Source: Actinomycetes bacterium
GTDB taxonomy: Bacteria > Actinomycetota > CALGFH01
Assembly: GCA_036392615.1 (NCBI GenBank)
Contig: DASVXQ010000414.1
Span: forward strand, 204-64,203
DNA length: 64,000 nucleotides
Reading direction: 5' to 3'
Shown: positions 45,935 through 55,110 of the stretch, one piece after another
Numbering within the stretch: the first letter of the stretch is position 1
Layout of the letters: each line of letters opens with the position of its first letter
The notes under the pieces: model-generated
The model's input: only the letters and a program-made list of their open reading frames with translations
What the model was told of the DNA's origin: nothing
The model's database searches: none
Made by a program: the position numbers and the translations under genes

Positions 45935-48900
45935 TCACCGCTGCCACCGCCCTCCACGGTACCTACGCCCAGATGCCCGTCGGGACGACCGAGGGGTGGG
46001 GGGCCGTGGCGGCGATACGGGCGGCTGGACTCCGCGTCGTACCTCCGCAATCGCGGCGTTGATCGCAGCCACGATTCGAGAACCCTTTCGCGAGAAGCCA
46101 AGGTAGGCCATAGCCGATTCAAGCAGCTCATCCTCGGTCCGGAGCAGGGTGTCGGACTCAATCCATCGAATGAGCGCTACGAGCGATGGATGACTGTAGT
46201 CATTGATGGGTCGTCCCGGCAGCACGAGCGGTCTTTCGGCTCTTGCCGGAATGCGCCCCACCAAGCTCGCGGGTGGCTCTTCGACGGCTGCTTGAGTTGC
46301 AGGGGCAGCGGCGGGGACTGGAATCGAGGCATCCGCCTTCGCGACGGCTGCCTGGTAGGCGGCAACCGCGCGGCCCACTTCGGCTTCTCGGTGGTAGAAC
46401 CATTCGGATGACCAGATCCGGTGGAACGTCCATCCGAGCCTTTCCAGATGCTCCTGCCGAAGCCGGTCCCGGTCACGGGCCGTGGCGGACGAGTGGTAGC
46501 TGGCGCCGTCGCACTCGATCGCGAGCACCATTCGACCGGGCTTTGTGGGATGCTGCGCCGCGTAGTCGATCCAGTATCCTGAGCAGCCGTATTGGGTGAC
46601 GAGCGGGACGCCGGCGGCCGCCAGCTGATCCCGGACGTCACGCTCGAACGGGTTGAGCTCTGGCTTGGCGATCGCGACGCTTCCCAGGTCAGAGCCCTTG
46701 CTCTCCGCATAGGCCAGGTAGCGACCGAGCATTTTCGCGCCTTCGGCCCGGAGCTTGCTGGGGTCCATGTCAGCGGCGGAGAACGAGCTCACCACGGTCA
46801 TCCGGTTCCTTGCTCGGGTGATGGCCACGTTGAGCCGGCGCTCGCCACCCTGAATGTTCAAGGGTCCGAACCGATAAAGGAGGCGGCCTTCGGAGTTCTT
46901 GCCGTAGCCGATCGAAAGGATGATCGCGTCGCGCTCGTCGCCCTGGACCCGCTCCAGGTTTTTGACGAAGAATGGCTCCTGCAGGCTCTCGTCCAGGAAG
47001 GCATCGAGCGCTTCGTCCTCGGTCCGCGCTCGGCGGATGGCCTCAGAGATCCTATTCGCGTGCTTGATGCCCATGGTGATGACCCCGAGGCTCTCCTCGG
47101 GACGCGACCAGGCATGATCCGTCACGAGCCGGACAACTTCCTCGACCTCATCCGAGACGGATTCCTCTTGCCCCACGCGTCCAAGAACGAATGGGACCAG
47201 CATGTGGCTCAAGCAGTCCTCGCCGGTCACGCCGGGGAACGTCGTGAGCGAGAAGTCGTACAGATTCGGCTGTGCGTTCGAGAAGGCGATCAGACGTTCG
47301 TCGCGTGATCGATAGTGCCAGCTTAGATTCCTTGTTCCCTTCGGGGGTGGCAGCAACGCGCCCATCACGTCGAGGACCGACTCCAGATTGCTGGTGAGTG
47401 GGGCAGCGCCATCGAACTCCTCAAGCTCTTCGTCGTCCTCGCCGCCACCGGAGGCCATGAAGAAGCTCGTCGGCGGGAGCTGATGCGGATCTCCGGCGAC
47501 CACCGCTCGGTGTGCGCGTAGCAAGGCGCCTGCCGCGTCGGCCGGGGTGACTTGTGAGGCCTCATCGAAGATCACGACGTCGAAGTGACGTTCCGGCGGC
47601 AACAGTTGCGATACCACCAGGGGGCTCATGGCCCAGCAGGGCTTCAGCGCCGCCAACACATTAGGTGCAGCTTGGAACAGGTCCCGCATGGGCATGTGCT
47701 TCCGCTTGAGACGGGCCTGGTGCTCGATGACATCGGACTCCTGAGGGTAGGCATCGCGCGTCCGGGTAACCCGCTCGGCTACGGCACGGCGGATCCGCAC
47801 CGGGGTAGTCTCGATGTGCTGGGCGTCGGCGAGGCGGAACCCATTTACCGTGCGGCGGAGTGCCTCACCGTCGAAGGTGCCGACCCTCGGGTCGGCCATG
47901 GAGACCGACTCCAGGATCGAGCTCAGCCAGACGTACTCAAGACATTCCAGCGCCTGGTCGACCGTGAGGTTGCGCGACGCCATCTCGACGACCAGGTCTG
48001 AGAGGCCGCGCACGGCGAGCCCCGTCCTCAGCCTGTGCAGTTCCGGCAGTCGGTATAGCGTGGTCTTGTCGGCGATCAGGCTCGACAGTTGCGTCGACAA
48101 TGCCCCGGGGTCCAGACCGCTCAGCGGCCAACCCACCCAGGCGCTGAGCGCGCGAAGCTCAGTCGCGAGCTGTTCGTATGCCGCTTTCACCGTCGCCAAT
48201 TGGCTCGGTGGGCGCGGCGCCCCCCCATCGAAGGAGCGCCTCCGCCATATCTCCCTTTGCCGTGATGCATCGACGATTGCGCCGTGCAGGGCCTTTATTC
48301 TGCGTGGTCGATTCCTGCTGAGGGAGCGTGCTCGCTGGTGCGCTTTCCGGTAGGCGGGGTTCGCCAGCCGAGCTCCAAATCGCGCGAGCGGGCCGCGAGC
48401 GGCTGGCGCCAAGTCGTTAGCCAATGCAGTCAGGTCTTCTTCGAAGATGTTGTCGTCGAATTCTGTCAGCGTGGCGCTCACGCCCTCGAGAAGCGCGAAA
48501 ACCTGCGGCCAGACATCCAGGCTGGGAGGCGCACCCAGCCTGCACTCGGCGAGGAGACTGTTGAGTCGGGCGATCGTCGAAGGCACGGTATGGCCTGCGA
48601 GCGTCGCTGCTGCCTGGAGCGCGGACTGCGCGGCTTCCACGCTCGTCACCGATCCAGTCGTGAATGCCCGAGCCCACGGGCTCGGATTCCCGCTTGAGGT
48701 AGGCGCGGGGCTGCCGGCCGACGAGCTGGATTGGCGTGGAACAAGCTGATCGGCCAGGGAGAGAACCAGCCCACCGAGGCCAACGAACCTCTCAAGATCC
48801 GCGCGGGCCTGTGCCATTGCCGCGCCGTCGAGCGACGCCAGGACGTCTCCACGCAAGCGCTGCTCGCTTCGGACCTGAGGTCCGATGCCAAGCAACCGGG

Positions 48901-50185
48901 ACTGCACCTCGTAGACGCTGAGTCCCCAAGGCCGCCGCTGGTTGTGAACCGCGGCCGTTCGCCCGACGAGTTCCTCTCGGTAGCGAACGAGCTTGTCCTG
49001 GAGCTCGGCGATGTTCGGTAACGGGACGCGGCCCACTTCCGCGAGTGCGTGGGACAGGTCTTGTGCGAGCTTGCGCCGCGACCCAGCCCCGTCATGGAGA
49101 TCCAGAACGAGATCGGCCAAGCCGGCGTTACGGAGCCGGTCGAGCACAGCGTCGATCGCAGCGCGCTTTTCGGCGACGAACAGGACTCGTTGCCCGCGTG
49201 CCGCCAAGGTCGCGATGAGGTTCGCGATCGTCTGGCTCTTGCCGGTGCCGGGAGGGCCCTCGACGACCAGATCGGCGCCCTTAACCACGGCATTGATGAC
49301 GTAGCTCTGACTCGCGTCCGCGTCGAGCACCAGGAACTCGTCGGCGACGGGTGTGTGGTCCGGCTCGTCCAGGCGCACCTCGGGATGGCGGCTTCGCACA
49401 GTGTCCCTCGCGGCCTCGTCCCCGGCGATCGCGCAGATGAGCTCGTTCTCTACAAGGGCCTCTGTGGCAGATTCCAGGTCCTTGACCATCGGCAGCTTCG
49501 CGTAGCTGAAGTTGCCAAGGACGAGCCGGTCGTTGATGGCGAAGCCGGCGACCGATGATGCTGCCTTGGTTAGCCGCTCGAACACAGGCAAGGCATCAGG
49601 CGGCTCGACGTTCTCGTCCAGCAACTCAAGCAGGTCCTGGGCCTCCAGCTTGACGCCGTGGTCGACGTCGAGGAGGTGCAGGAGCGTCGGGTTGATCTCC
49701 CATTCGCCAGGCAGCGACAGGTCGAAGTCCTCGCCGGCACCGCCTCTGGGGGCGAGGTTGGCCAAGCGGAGAAGCACCGGGGCGGCCGGGGTCGCTGTCC
49801 CTCGGGGGTTCTCCCAAGTGGCCATCGCCCAGGCCAGATAGAGCGTCCGCAGGCCGCGCTCCTCGAAGTTCTCCATCGCCTTTGCACGGATCGTGCGGGC
49901 ACGGCGAGCCATGCTGGTTAGGGCTTGGGGATCGAACATCTCGGACAGACGGACCGTGCGTGACCCGAGCAGCGCGTCCAGCGCCACGGGCTCCGCCCCC
50001 GAATGGTGACTGAGGTCAAGGGTTCCCTGCTTGAGATCCTTGTAGTACAGCAGCGTGTTGCGTCCGCCGAGATCGATGAGCTGGCCCGTCCAAGCCCTGA
50101 CTGCCGCCGTAACCTTGCGCAGCCGAAGCTGGGCTGTCGCATCCGCCGTGGACCCCACTGCTGGCTCTCGCGCGACGTCAGTCAT
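45935..50185 (-). CDS. Large SF1 (Upf1-like) helicase-nuclease: DUF4011-type N-terminus + AAA_11/AAA_12 helicase + DUF559/REase-like domain + DUF3320-like tail
   Basis: LIDLGGRNTLLYYKDLKQGTLDL; motif I VVEGPPGTGKSQTIANLI; motif II VVIFDEASQV; VAGDPHQLPPT; LSWHYRSRDERLI; VQGDERDAIILS; RLNVAITRARNRMTVV; nuclease-like MVLAIECDGASYHSSATARDRDRLRQEHLERLGWTFHRIWS. Start at ATG (complement of 50183-50185). The ORF-track N-terminal extension reads through an IS3 relic. Confidence 0.8.
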   Translation of the reverse strand: MTDVAREPAVGSTADATAQLRLRKVTAAVRAWTGQLIDLGGRNTLLYYKDLKQGTLDLSHHSGAEPVALDALLGSRTVRLSEMFDPQALTSMARRARTIRAKAMENFEERGLRTLYLAWAMATWENPRGTATPAAPVLLRLANLAPRGGAGEDFDLSLPGEWEINPTLLHLLDVDHGVKLEAQDLLELLDENVEPPDALPVFERLTKAASSVAGFAINDRLVLGNFSYAKLPMVKDLESATEALVENELICAIAGDEAARDTVRSRHPEVRLDEPDHTPVADEFLVLDADASQSYVINAVVKGADLVVEGPPGTGKSQTIANLIATLAARGQRVLFVAEKRAAIDAVLDRLRNAGLADLVLDLHDGAGSRRKLAQDLSHALAEVGRVPLPNIAELQDKLVRYREELVGRTAAVHNQRRPWGLSVYEVQSRLLGIGPQVRSEQRLRGDVLASLDGAAMAQARADLERFVGLGGLVLSLADQLVPRQSSSSAGSPAPTSSGNPSPWARAFTTGSVTSVEAAQSALQAAATLAGHTVPSTIARLNSLLAECRLGAPPSLDVWPQVFALLEGVSATLTEFDDNIFEEDLTALANDLAPAARGPLARFGARLANPAYRKAHQRARSLSRNRPRRIKALHGAIVDASRQREIWRRRSFDGGAPRPPSQLATVKAAYEQLATELRALSAWVGWPLSGLDPGALSTQLSSLIADKTTLYRLPELHRLRTGLAVRGLSDLVVEMASRNLTVDQALECLEYVWLSSILESVSMADPRVGTFDGEALRRTVNGFRLADAQHIETTPVRIRRAVAERVTRTRDAYPQESDVIEHQARLKRKHMPMRDLFQAAPNVLAALKPCWAMSPLVVSQLLPPERHFDVVIFDEASQVTPADAAGALLRAHRAVVAGDPHQLPPTSFFMASGGGEDDEELEEFDGAAPLTSNLESVLDVMGALLPPPKGTRNLSWHYRSRDERLIAFSNAQPNLYDFSLTTFPGVTGEDCLSHMLVPFVLGRVGQEESVSDEVEEVVRLVTDHAWSRPEESLGVITMGIKHANRISEAIRRARTEDEALDAFLDESLQEPFFVKNLERVQGDERDAIILSIGYGKNSEGRLLYRFGPLNIQGGERRLNVAITRARNRMTVVSSFSAADMDPSKLRAEGAKMLGRYLAYAESKGSDLGSVAIAKPELNPFERDVRDQLAAAGVPLVTQYGCSGYWIDYAAQHPTKPGRMVLAIECDGASYHSSATARDRDRLRQEHLERLGWTFHRIWSSEWFYHREAEVGRAVAAYQAAVAKADASIPVPAAAPATQAAVEEPPASLVGRIPARAERPLVLPGRPINDYSHPSLVALIRWIESDTLLRTEDELLESAMAYLGFSRKGSRIVAAINAAIAEVRRGVQPPVSPPRPPTPRSSRRASGRRYRGGRWQR

Positions 50186-50268
50186 GCAGGCTCCTGCCGT
50201 CTCTTCCTGTAGCAGAGCTAGAGTCTCAGCGCTGGAGGTACAGCGCAATTCGCGAAACGACCAAAGTG

Positions 50269-50705
50269 TCACCATGGACCGGCCATGCCGAGTACGTTGG
50301 TGACCAGCGCCCCGGTCGGGGATGCGTCGATCGACCAGCCCACGACGCGGCGGGAGTGGGCGTCCAGCACCACCGTGCAGTCGGCCTTGCCCTCGCTGGT
50401 GGGGTGCTCGGTGATGTCGGTCACCCACAGCTGGTTCGGGCCGGTGCGGCCGAAGTTGCGGTCGACCAGGTCGGCGGCGCGGCGCTTGGCAGCGGCCAGC
50501 TCGCTCTTCTCGGTGCTGGTCAGGCCGGCTCAAGACCCCGGTCGATCCGGTCCTGCCGGCGCCAGGTGTCGGTCGACTGGTCACTGATCCCCAGCGCCTT
50601 GGCGACCTCGGCGATCGGCCGGCCGGCCTCGATCAGGTCCAGGACCTTGCGCCTGAACTCGGGCGGATAGCCCGTCGTCCCACGCCAGGCTCCTCTCAGT
50701 TGCGT
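50269..50705 (-). mobile_element. IS3-family relic: OrfA HTH part plus a heavily deleted OrfB (rve) N-terminal piece
   Basis: YPPEFRRKVLDLIEAGRPIAEVAKALGISDQSTDTWRRQDRIDRGLEPA-stop. In the adjacent frame: LTSTEKSELAAAKRRAADLVDRNFGRTGPNQLWVTDITEHPTSEGKADCTVVLDAHSRRVVGWSIDASPTGALVTNVLGMA. About 150 codons expected between these blocks are missing, as is the catalytic remainder. Confidence 0.65.
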
Positions 50706-51041
50706 GGCACGGAATCCAACAACACAACTCCACCAGACCGGGGGCAGACCAGAGGCCCTCTCTACGCGGCACGTTACTTGCACTTGCAGATGTTCCGGTG
50801 GCGACCGGGCGCACGTTGCTGAGCACAGGAGCCCCCGGCAGGGCGGTTATCCGGCGGTTACAGGCCCGTTCCAGTGCTTGTGTTGCTATGGCGCCCGTCG
50901 AGCCGCCCGTTCCACCACGTCAGAGGGCGGCGGATCAGCCCGGCCGCCGCCCGGTGTGCGCCGGGCGGGGAGGAAATCGTCTTGGTCTTCGGAAAGCATG
51001 CCGCCGCCGGACGCACCGCTCGGCGGCGGCGCACGATCTCG

Positions 51042-51686
51042 ATGCTGGCCGTCGGCATCGCCGTGGCGCTCACAGGGGTCGTGGTCCCCCTCCACGCGCC
51101 ACCAGCGGCGGCCGACGATGCAACAGCGGAGGAGCTGGCGGCTCAGGAGATGCTGCTCCCGGTCGCTGCGAGCGCCGACACAATCGCGGCCAGCGACAGC
51201 GCCTTCTCCAGCGACGCGATCAATCCCACGACCGGGGTCCTCACGGTCTATCGCGTCGGCGGGACGTCGGGTGCGGTCGTGTCCCAGCACCAGGCCCTGT
51301 CGTTGTCCAACGGCGCCATCGTCCAGGTGCTGGGCGCCAGGCTCACCCAGACCCAGGCCGACGCGCTGAGCCAGCGTATCGACGCCGACGTGGACACCCT
51401 CGCCGCCCAGGGGATCACGGTCAGCTCGTGGGGGCCGGACCCCAATGGCGGCCCGTTCTCGATCGAGGTGGTGGACGCCGACCTGTACCGCGCCGCGCTG
51501 CTGGCCCGCTACGCCGACGTCGGCGCGGGCAACCTCGTGCTGTTCTCCGGCCCGATGGTCAAGACCGGCAGCTACAGCGAGTCGGTCACCCACTACCGCC
51601 TGCTGCGCACCATCGAGGACATGCACGGGCTGCCCGCCATCGGCAACGCCGCCAGCACCACTGCCATCAGCGACGTCTGGAGCTGA
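51042..51686 (+). CDS. Secreted chimeric ORF: signal peptide + S1-protease-prodomain-like region + last ~45 aa of a phosphoesterase/acid-phosphatase family protein
   Basis: MLAVGIAVALTGVVVPLHAPPAAAD (a basic RRRR stretch upstream may belong to the signal; an earlier TTG start is possible). Next comes ...LTQTQADALSQRIDADVDTLAAQGITVSSWGPDPNGGPFSIEVVD. The tail is SGPMVKTGSYSESVTHYRLLRTIEDMHGLPAIGNAASTTAISDVWS (compare 'G..V..G.Y.E...HY..LRTIED..GL...G.A'). Confidence 0.45.
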   Translation: MLAVGIAVALTGVVVPLHAPPAAADDATAEELAAQEMLLPVAASADTIAASDSAFSSDAINPTTGVLTVYRVGGTSGAVVSQHQALSLSNGAIVQVLGARLTQTQADALSQRIDADVDTLAAQGITVSSWGPDPNGGPFSIEVVDADLYRAALLARYADVGAGNLVLFSGPMVKTGSYSESVTHYRLLRTIEDMHGLPAIGNAASTTAISDVWS

Positions 51687-51789
51687 GCGTTCATCGACCA
51701 GGAGCATCAACGGAGGTGGTTGAGAGCCGCAGGAGCCTCGGTGCTGCTTGTGACGGATGGCGATCGAGGAAACCCCGGCTAGCTAGGCC

Positions 51790-52402
51790 CGGCGCCGCGG
51801 CACTGCGGGCCGACCTGGACACAGTTTCTGAAGGCGCAGGCCGAGGGGGTCGTTGCGTGCGACTTCTTCACGGTGGAACCGTCTGGTGCAGACCCTGTAC
51901 GTCTTGTCTTCCTGCACGTCAGCGCCAGGCAGGTGGTGGCCGTCGGCGTCACGGCCCGGCCCGACTCGAGCTGGGTCACCCAGCAGGTCAGGAACGCCAC
52001 GATGGACCTGAACGACCGGCAGTTGTCGATCCGGTTCCTGCTCCGCGACACGACGCCAAGTTCACTCGCTCCTTCGACGAGGTATTCCGCACCGAGGGCG
52101 CAGCAGTCATCCGCACGCCGATCCGGGCGCCGCGAGCGAACGCCCACGCCGAGCGGTGGGGTGCAGACCGTCCGGGGGAGTGCCTGGACTGGACGCTGGT
52201 GCTGGGCCGGCGCCACCTGCTGCGGCTCCTGCGCATCTACGCCCGCCACTGCAACCAGCAACGGCCGCACCGTGGCCTGGCCCTGGCCGTTCCCAAGGCA
52301 GGGGAGCGGAAGTCACCGCACGCCAACCCTCGACCTCGACGGGTGAGGCGTCCAGACCTGCTCGGCGGGCTCATCCACGAGTATCACGAGGTTGCAGCAT
52401 GA
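51790..52402 (+). mobile_element. DDE (rve, integrase-core) transposase pseudogene, N-terminally truncated and frameshifted
   Basis: WTQFLKAQAEGVVACDFFTVE / LVFLHVSARQVVAVGVTARPDSSWVTQQVRNATMDLNDRQLSIRFLLRD / AKFTRSFDEVFRTEGAAVIRTPIRAPRANAHAERW...CLDWTLVLGRRHLLRLLRIYARHCNQQRPHRGL...RRPDLLGGLIHEYH. These pieces are spread over three frames. Confidence 0.6.
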
Positions 52403-52530
52403 TGAATCGGGATTTCCGCGCCCTACGAGACCACACCAGCTCCTACCGGCTACCCCACACCCCCAACTCGCTCAAGGGGAGCCAGATCAAGCCACCCGGC
52501 GGGCACACAATGTGCGCCGCCGTGGTCTGG

Positions 52531-53565
52531 TCAGCAGGTGGAGCGTCGCACGGTTGCGCCGGCGGCCGCTGGGATGAACTCGAGCCGCACCGAGTCGTTC
52601 TTGGGCACGACGATGGCCACGCCGTCGGTAGGCGACCACGTCTCGGGCAGGAACAGATACTGATCGCCCGATTGCAGCAAGAGCTTCAAGCCGTCATAGC
52701 GGAATCGGTATGCCGCCTGCGAGTCTCGGCAGCGCACCTCGCGGACGCCGGGCGCGTCCAGGCTCAGGCTCCGCTCGCTGTAGACGATGGCGCTGGGATA
52801 GGTTGGCAACTCCGCCACGAACTGACGTGCCCGTGAGCGGCCCACCGCGGCGGAATAGTCGTTTGCGGCCCAGAACAGGCTCAGACCCACGAGCACGAAC
52901 ACCGCCGCCCATTCCGCGACCGCTGCCCACTGCAGCGTCGCAGCGTGGGCTGCCGGCCGCTCCCCAGCGGCGAGAGACCGCCAGATATGGGCCTCGTACA
53001 CCAGCAGGCAGACTCCGGAGGCCAGGCACAACGGCGCCGCCGCTACCTGCTGATCGAGGAAGGTCGGCGCAAAGACGCTCCACAACCCGAGCGCGGCCAA
53101 GACCAGCCCAGCGATTGCCATCGCGGGGAGAAGGACGCGAAGCATGGGGGGCCGCGATCCCGCGGCAAGACGAGTGCGAAGCGCCGAGTGGCCCCACAGC
53201 ACCAGCAACCCGGCGCAGGCCACCACGGTCAGCGGCACGAACAGACCGTCCAGGCTGCGCTGCACGTAATCCCGGGTGGTCAGGCCGAGCAGTGTCGAGT
53301 TCACCCCGAAGTAGTCGAAGAACCAGTAGGCATGCGACCAGCCGAAGTAGAAGAGCAGCGAGGTCAGCAGCGTTGTTGGCGCAACGATCGTGCCAAGGAC
53401 TCTGGTCAGTTGCGCCAGGCCGTTCGCCGATGGCTCCGCGGCGCCTCCTGGAACGCGCGCCGGCTGGAGCGCCTCGGCGTCGCCGGCGGGCGGCGTCGTC
53501 TGGCGCTCGACGGCTGGAGCTTGAGACCCTCGAGCTTGATCGGTACCAGCGCGCGTTGTGGTCAC
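52531..53565 (-). CDS. Hypothetical multi-TM membrane protein with a C-terminal soluble domain
   Basis: GTG (complement of 53563-53565) lies 13 nt after the upstream stop. TM helices: TTLLTSLLFYFGWSHAYWFF; VPLTVVACAGLLVLW; LLPAMAIAGLVLAALGLWSVF; APLCLASGVCLLVY; AAVFVLVGLSLFWAA. The tail is ...YRFRYDGLKLLLQSGDQYLFLPETW. Confidence 0.5.
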   Translation of the reverse strand: MTTTRAGTDQARGSQAPAVERQTTPPAGDAEALQPARVPGGAAEPSANGLAQLTRVLGTIVAPTTLLTSLLFYFGWSHAYWFFDYFGVNSTLLGLTTRDYVQRSLDGLFVPLTVVACAGLLVLWGHSALRTRLAAGSRPPMLRVLLPAMAIAGLVLAALGLWSVFAPTFLDQQVAAAPLCLASGVCLLVYEAHIWRSLAAGERPAAHAATLQWAAVAEWAAVFVLVGLSLFWAANDYSAAVGRSRARQFVAELPTYPSAIVYSERSLSLDAPGVREVRCRDSQAAYRFRYDGLKLLLQSGDQYLFLPETWSPTDGVAIVVPKNDSVRLEFIPAAAGATVRRSTC

Positions 53566-53578
53566 GATCCACGTCCTG

Positions 53579-54208
53579 TCACGTGCTGGGTGGCGGCTGG
53601 CTGTCCTGAGGGGTGGTGGGTGATGGCTCGCTGCTCTCGGGGGTGGTGGCCGGCGGCTCGGTGTCCACGCTCGACTCGGTCGTACACGGCCCCGTGCCAG
53701 ACACGACGACGACGGTCGTGCCGCGGTCCACACTGGTTCCCTGCGGAGGATCTGTCTCCCAAAACTGGCAAGAGGTGTAGGCGGAACCGTCACGTGCCTC
53801 GTCCCGCAAGGTCACGCACAATTCGCCGCCGCATTGCTCCCTGATGCCACTCTCGATCTCCGAGCGCACCTCGGCGAGTGGTCGCCCCTGGTCGGTGATG
53901 ATGCTGGGGATGTTGATCGGTGCTCCGATCGCCTGCCCGGGCTTGCCGCGCCCACCAGGTGCGACGGGTGATCCACGTGCCCCGGAGCCCTGCCGACCGG
54001 AGTCCGGCGCGGACGCCCTACTGGAGCCCCGCCCAGCGGTCTGCCCAGATGTCCCTTTGGGCTGTTGGACGGGGCCCGCCGTCGGCGTTCCGCTGGACAC
54101 CGCCTGCGAGTCCGACCCGGAGCCGGCGTCGACAGATTTGCCGCAACCGAGCGCGGCGAGGCATACCAAGATCACGAATGCCAGACCGGACCCCCGCAAT
54201 ACCGGCAC
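53579..54208 (-). CDS. Probable lipoprotein with a low-complexity linker and a C-terminal PASTA-like domain
   Basis: VPVLRGSGLAFVILVCLAALGCGKS (lipobox-like ALGC). A Gly/Ser/Pro-rich linker follows. Then IPSIITDQGRPLAEVRSEIESGIREQCGGELCVTLRDEARDGSAYTSCQFWETDPPQGTSVDRGTTVVVVVSG. The start (GTG 54208 or TTG 54199) is uncertain. Confidence 0.5.
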   Translation of the reverse strand: MPVLRGSGLAFVILVCLAALGCGKSVDAGSGSDSQAVSSGTPTAGPVQQPKGTSGQTAGRGSSRASAPDSGRQGSGARGSPVAPGGRGKPGQAIGAPINIPSIITDQGRPLAEVRSEIESGIREQCGGELCVTLRDEARDGSAYTSCQFWETDPPQGTSVDRGTTVVVVSGTGPCTTESSVDTEPPATTPESSEPSPTTPQDSQPPPST

Positions 54209-55110
54209 TATTGGACCCCCCCAGGCCCTATTTCTGATGCCCCACCCGGTGGGACATCCGGCGACGGCAAGGTGCCCTGCAACGTCAGGACGACCTGACG
54301 CCATCCCACGTATGGGAGCATCGAGAGGCTCGCTGCGTCCAGTCCTTTCTGGCAATAGCAATACCACGGAGCGGACATCTGCTCGGTGACCGGCGGCACA
54401 GGCCATCCGTGCCGCTCGATACAGGCAGCGAGGCGCATCAGCAAGGTTGAACGCACCGCCGCCGACCCTAGCCCCTCCGCACGCAACGAGTCCGTGGTTC
54501 TGGGATGTGCCCCCTGGCGCGACTCGCACCAGAACCAAGCGCTCCACCCGGTGCATCTAGCGCCAGGACCGCCGATACGACCACCCCACGCCGCCGACCA
54601 GATCGCTGGACGTGCTGTCGCGAGTTCACATCGTGGGCAGGGAACGATCAGATCCTTGGAACCCGTGTAGTTCAGCTGGCAGCGGAATATGCCGATCTGC
54701 CTAGCACCACAACGGCGCATACGGTGGTAAACGAGACGCCCGTCCAGCTGAAGGGTGCGCAAACTCAAACGTGACTGGTTACCTGGTAATTCGCGTGGGA
54801 CGGCCGCTCGGCATGCTGAGGCCCATCGACCCCTCGGAGGCTGTCCGGGTGTCAGGGAGAGCACCGCCTGGGTTCCATGGGGTTTTCCCCGCTGGTAGGC
54901 TTGGCCCACAGCGGCCGGAGGGCATAGCTGCACAGATAGGGGCGGTGTGTCCGACCACGATCGGCTGCGGATATCTCGTTCTGGCTCGAGTTGCCCATGG
55001 CCATGATGCAGCATCCAACCAGCGCACCATGATTGCCGGCATCCAGCCTGGTGTGGAGCACACAGCGGTGGTTCCCGCGTCGCTTGCAGGGGCTAGCGGG
55101 TGAGGTTGAC

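Noticed and set aside
50186-50584. N-terminal 133-aa extension of the helicase ORF given in the track (start 50584).
   Set aside because: The extension is an off-frame read-through of the IS3 relic (Arg/Pro/Gly-rich). A proper GGAG plus ATG at 50185 begins the conserved DUF4011-type sequence.
54209-55110. Several 90-270-aa ORFs on both strands in a slightly lower-GC gap, including a CPRC-containing frame.
   Set aside because: No ribosome-binding sites, no consistent frame and no recognisable family. It is possibly more decayed DNA, but nothing is supportable.
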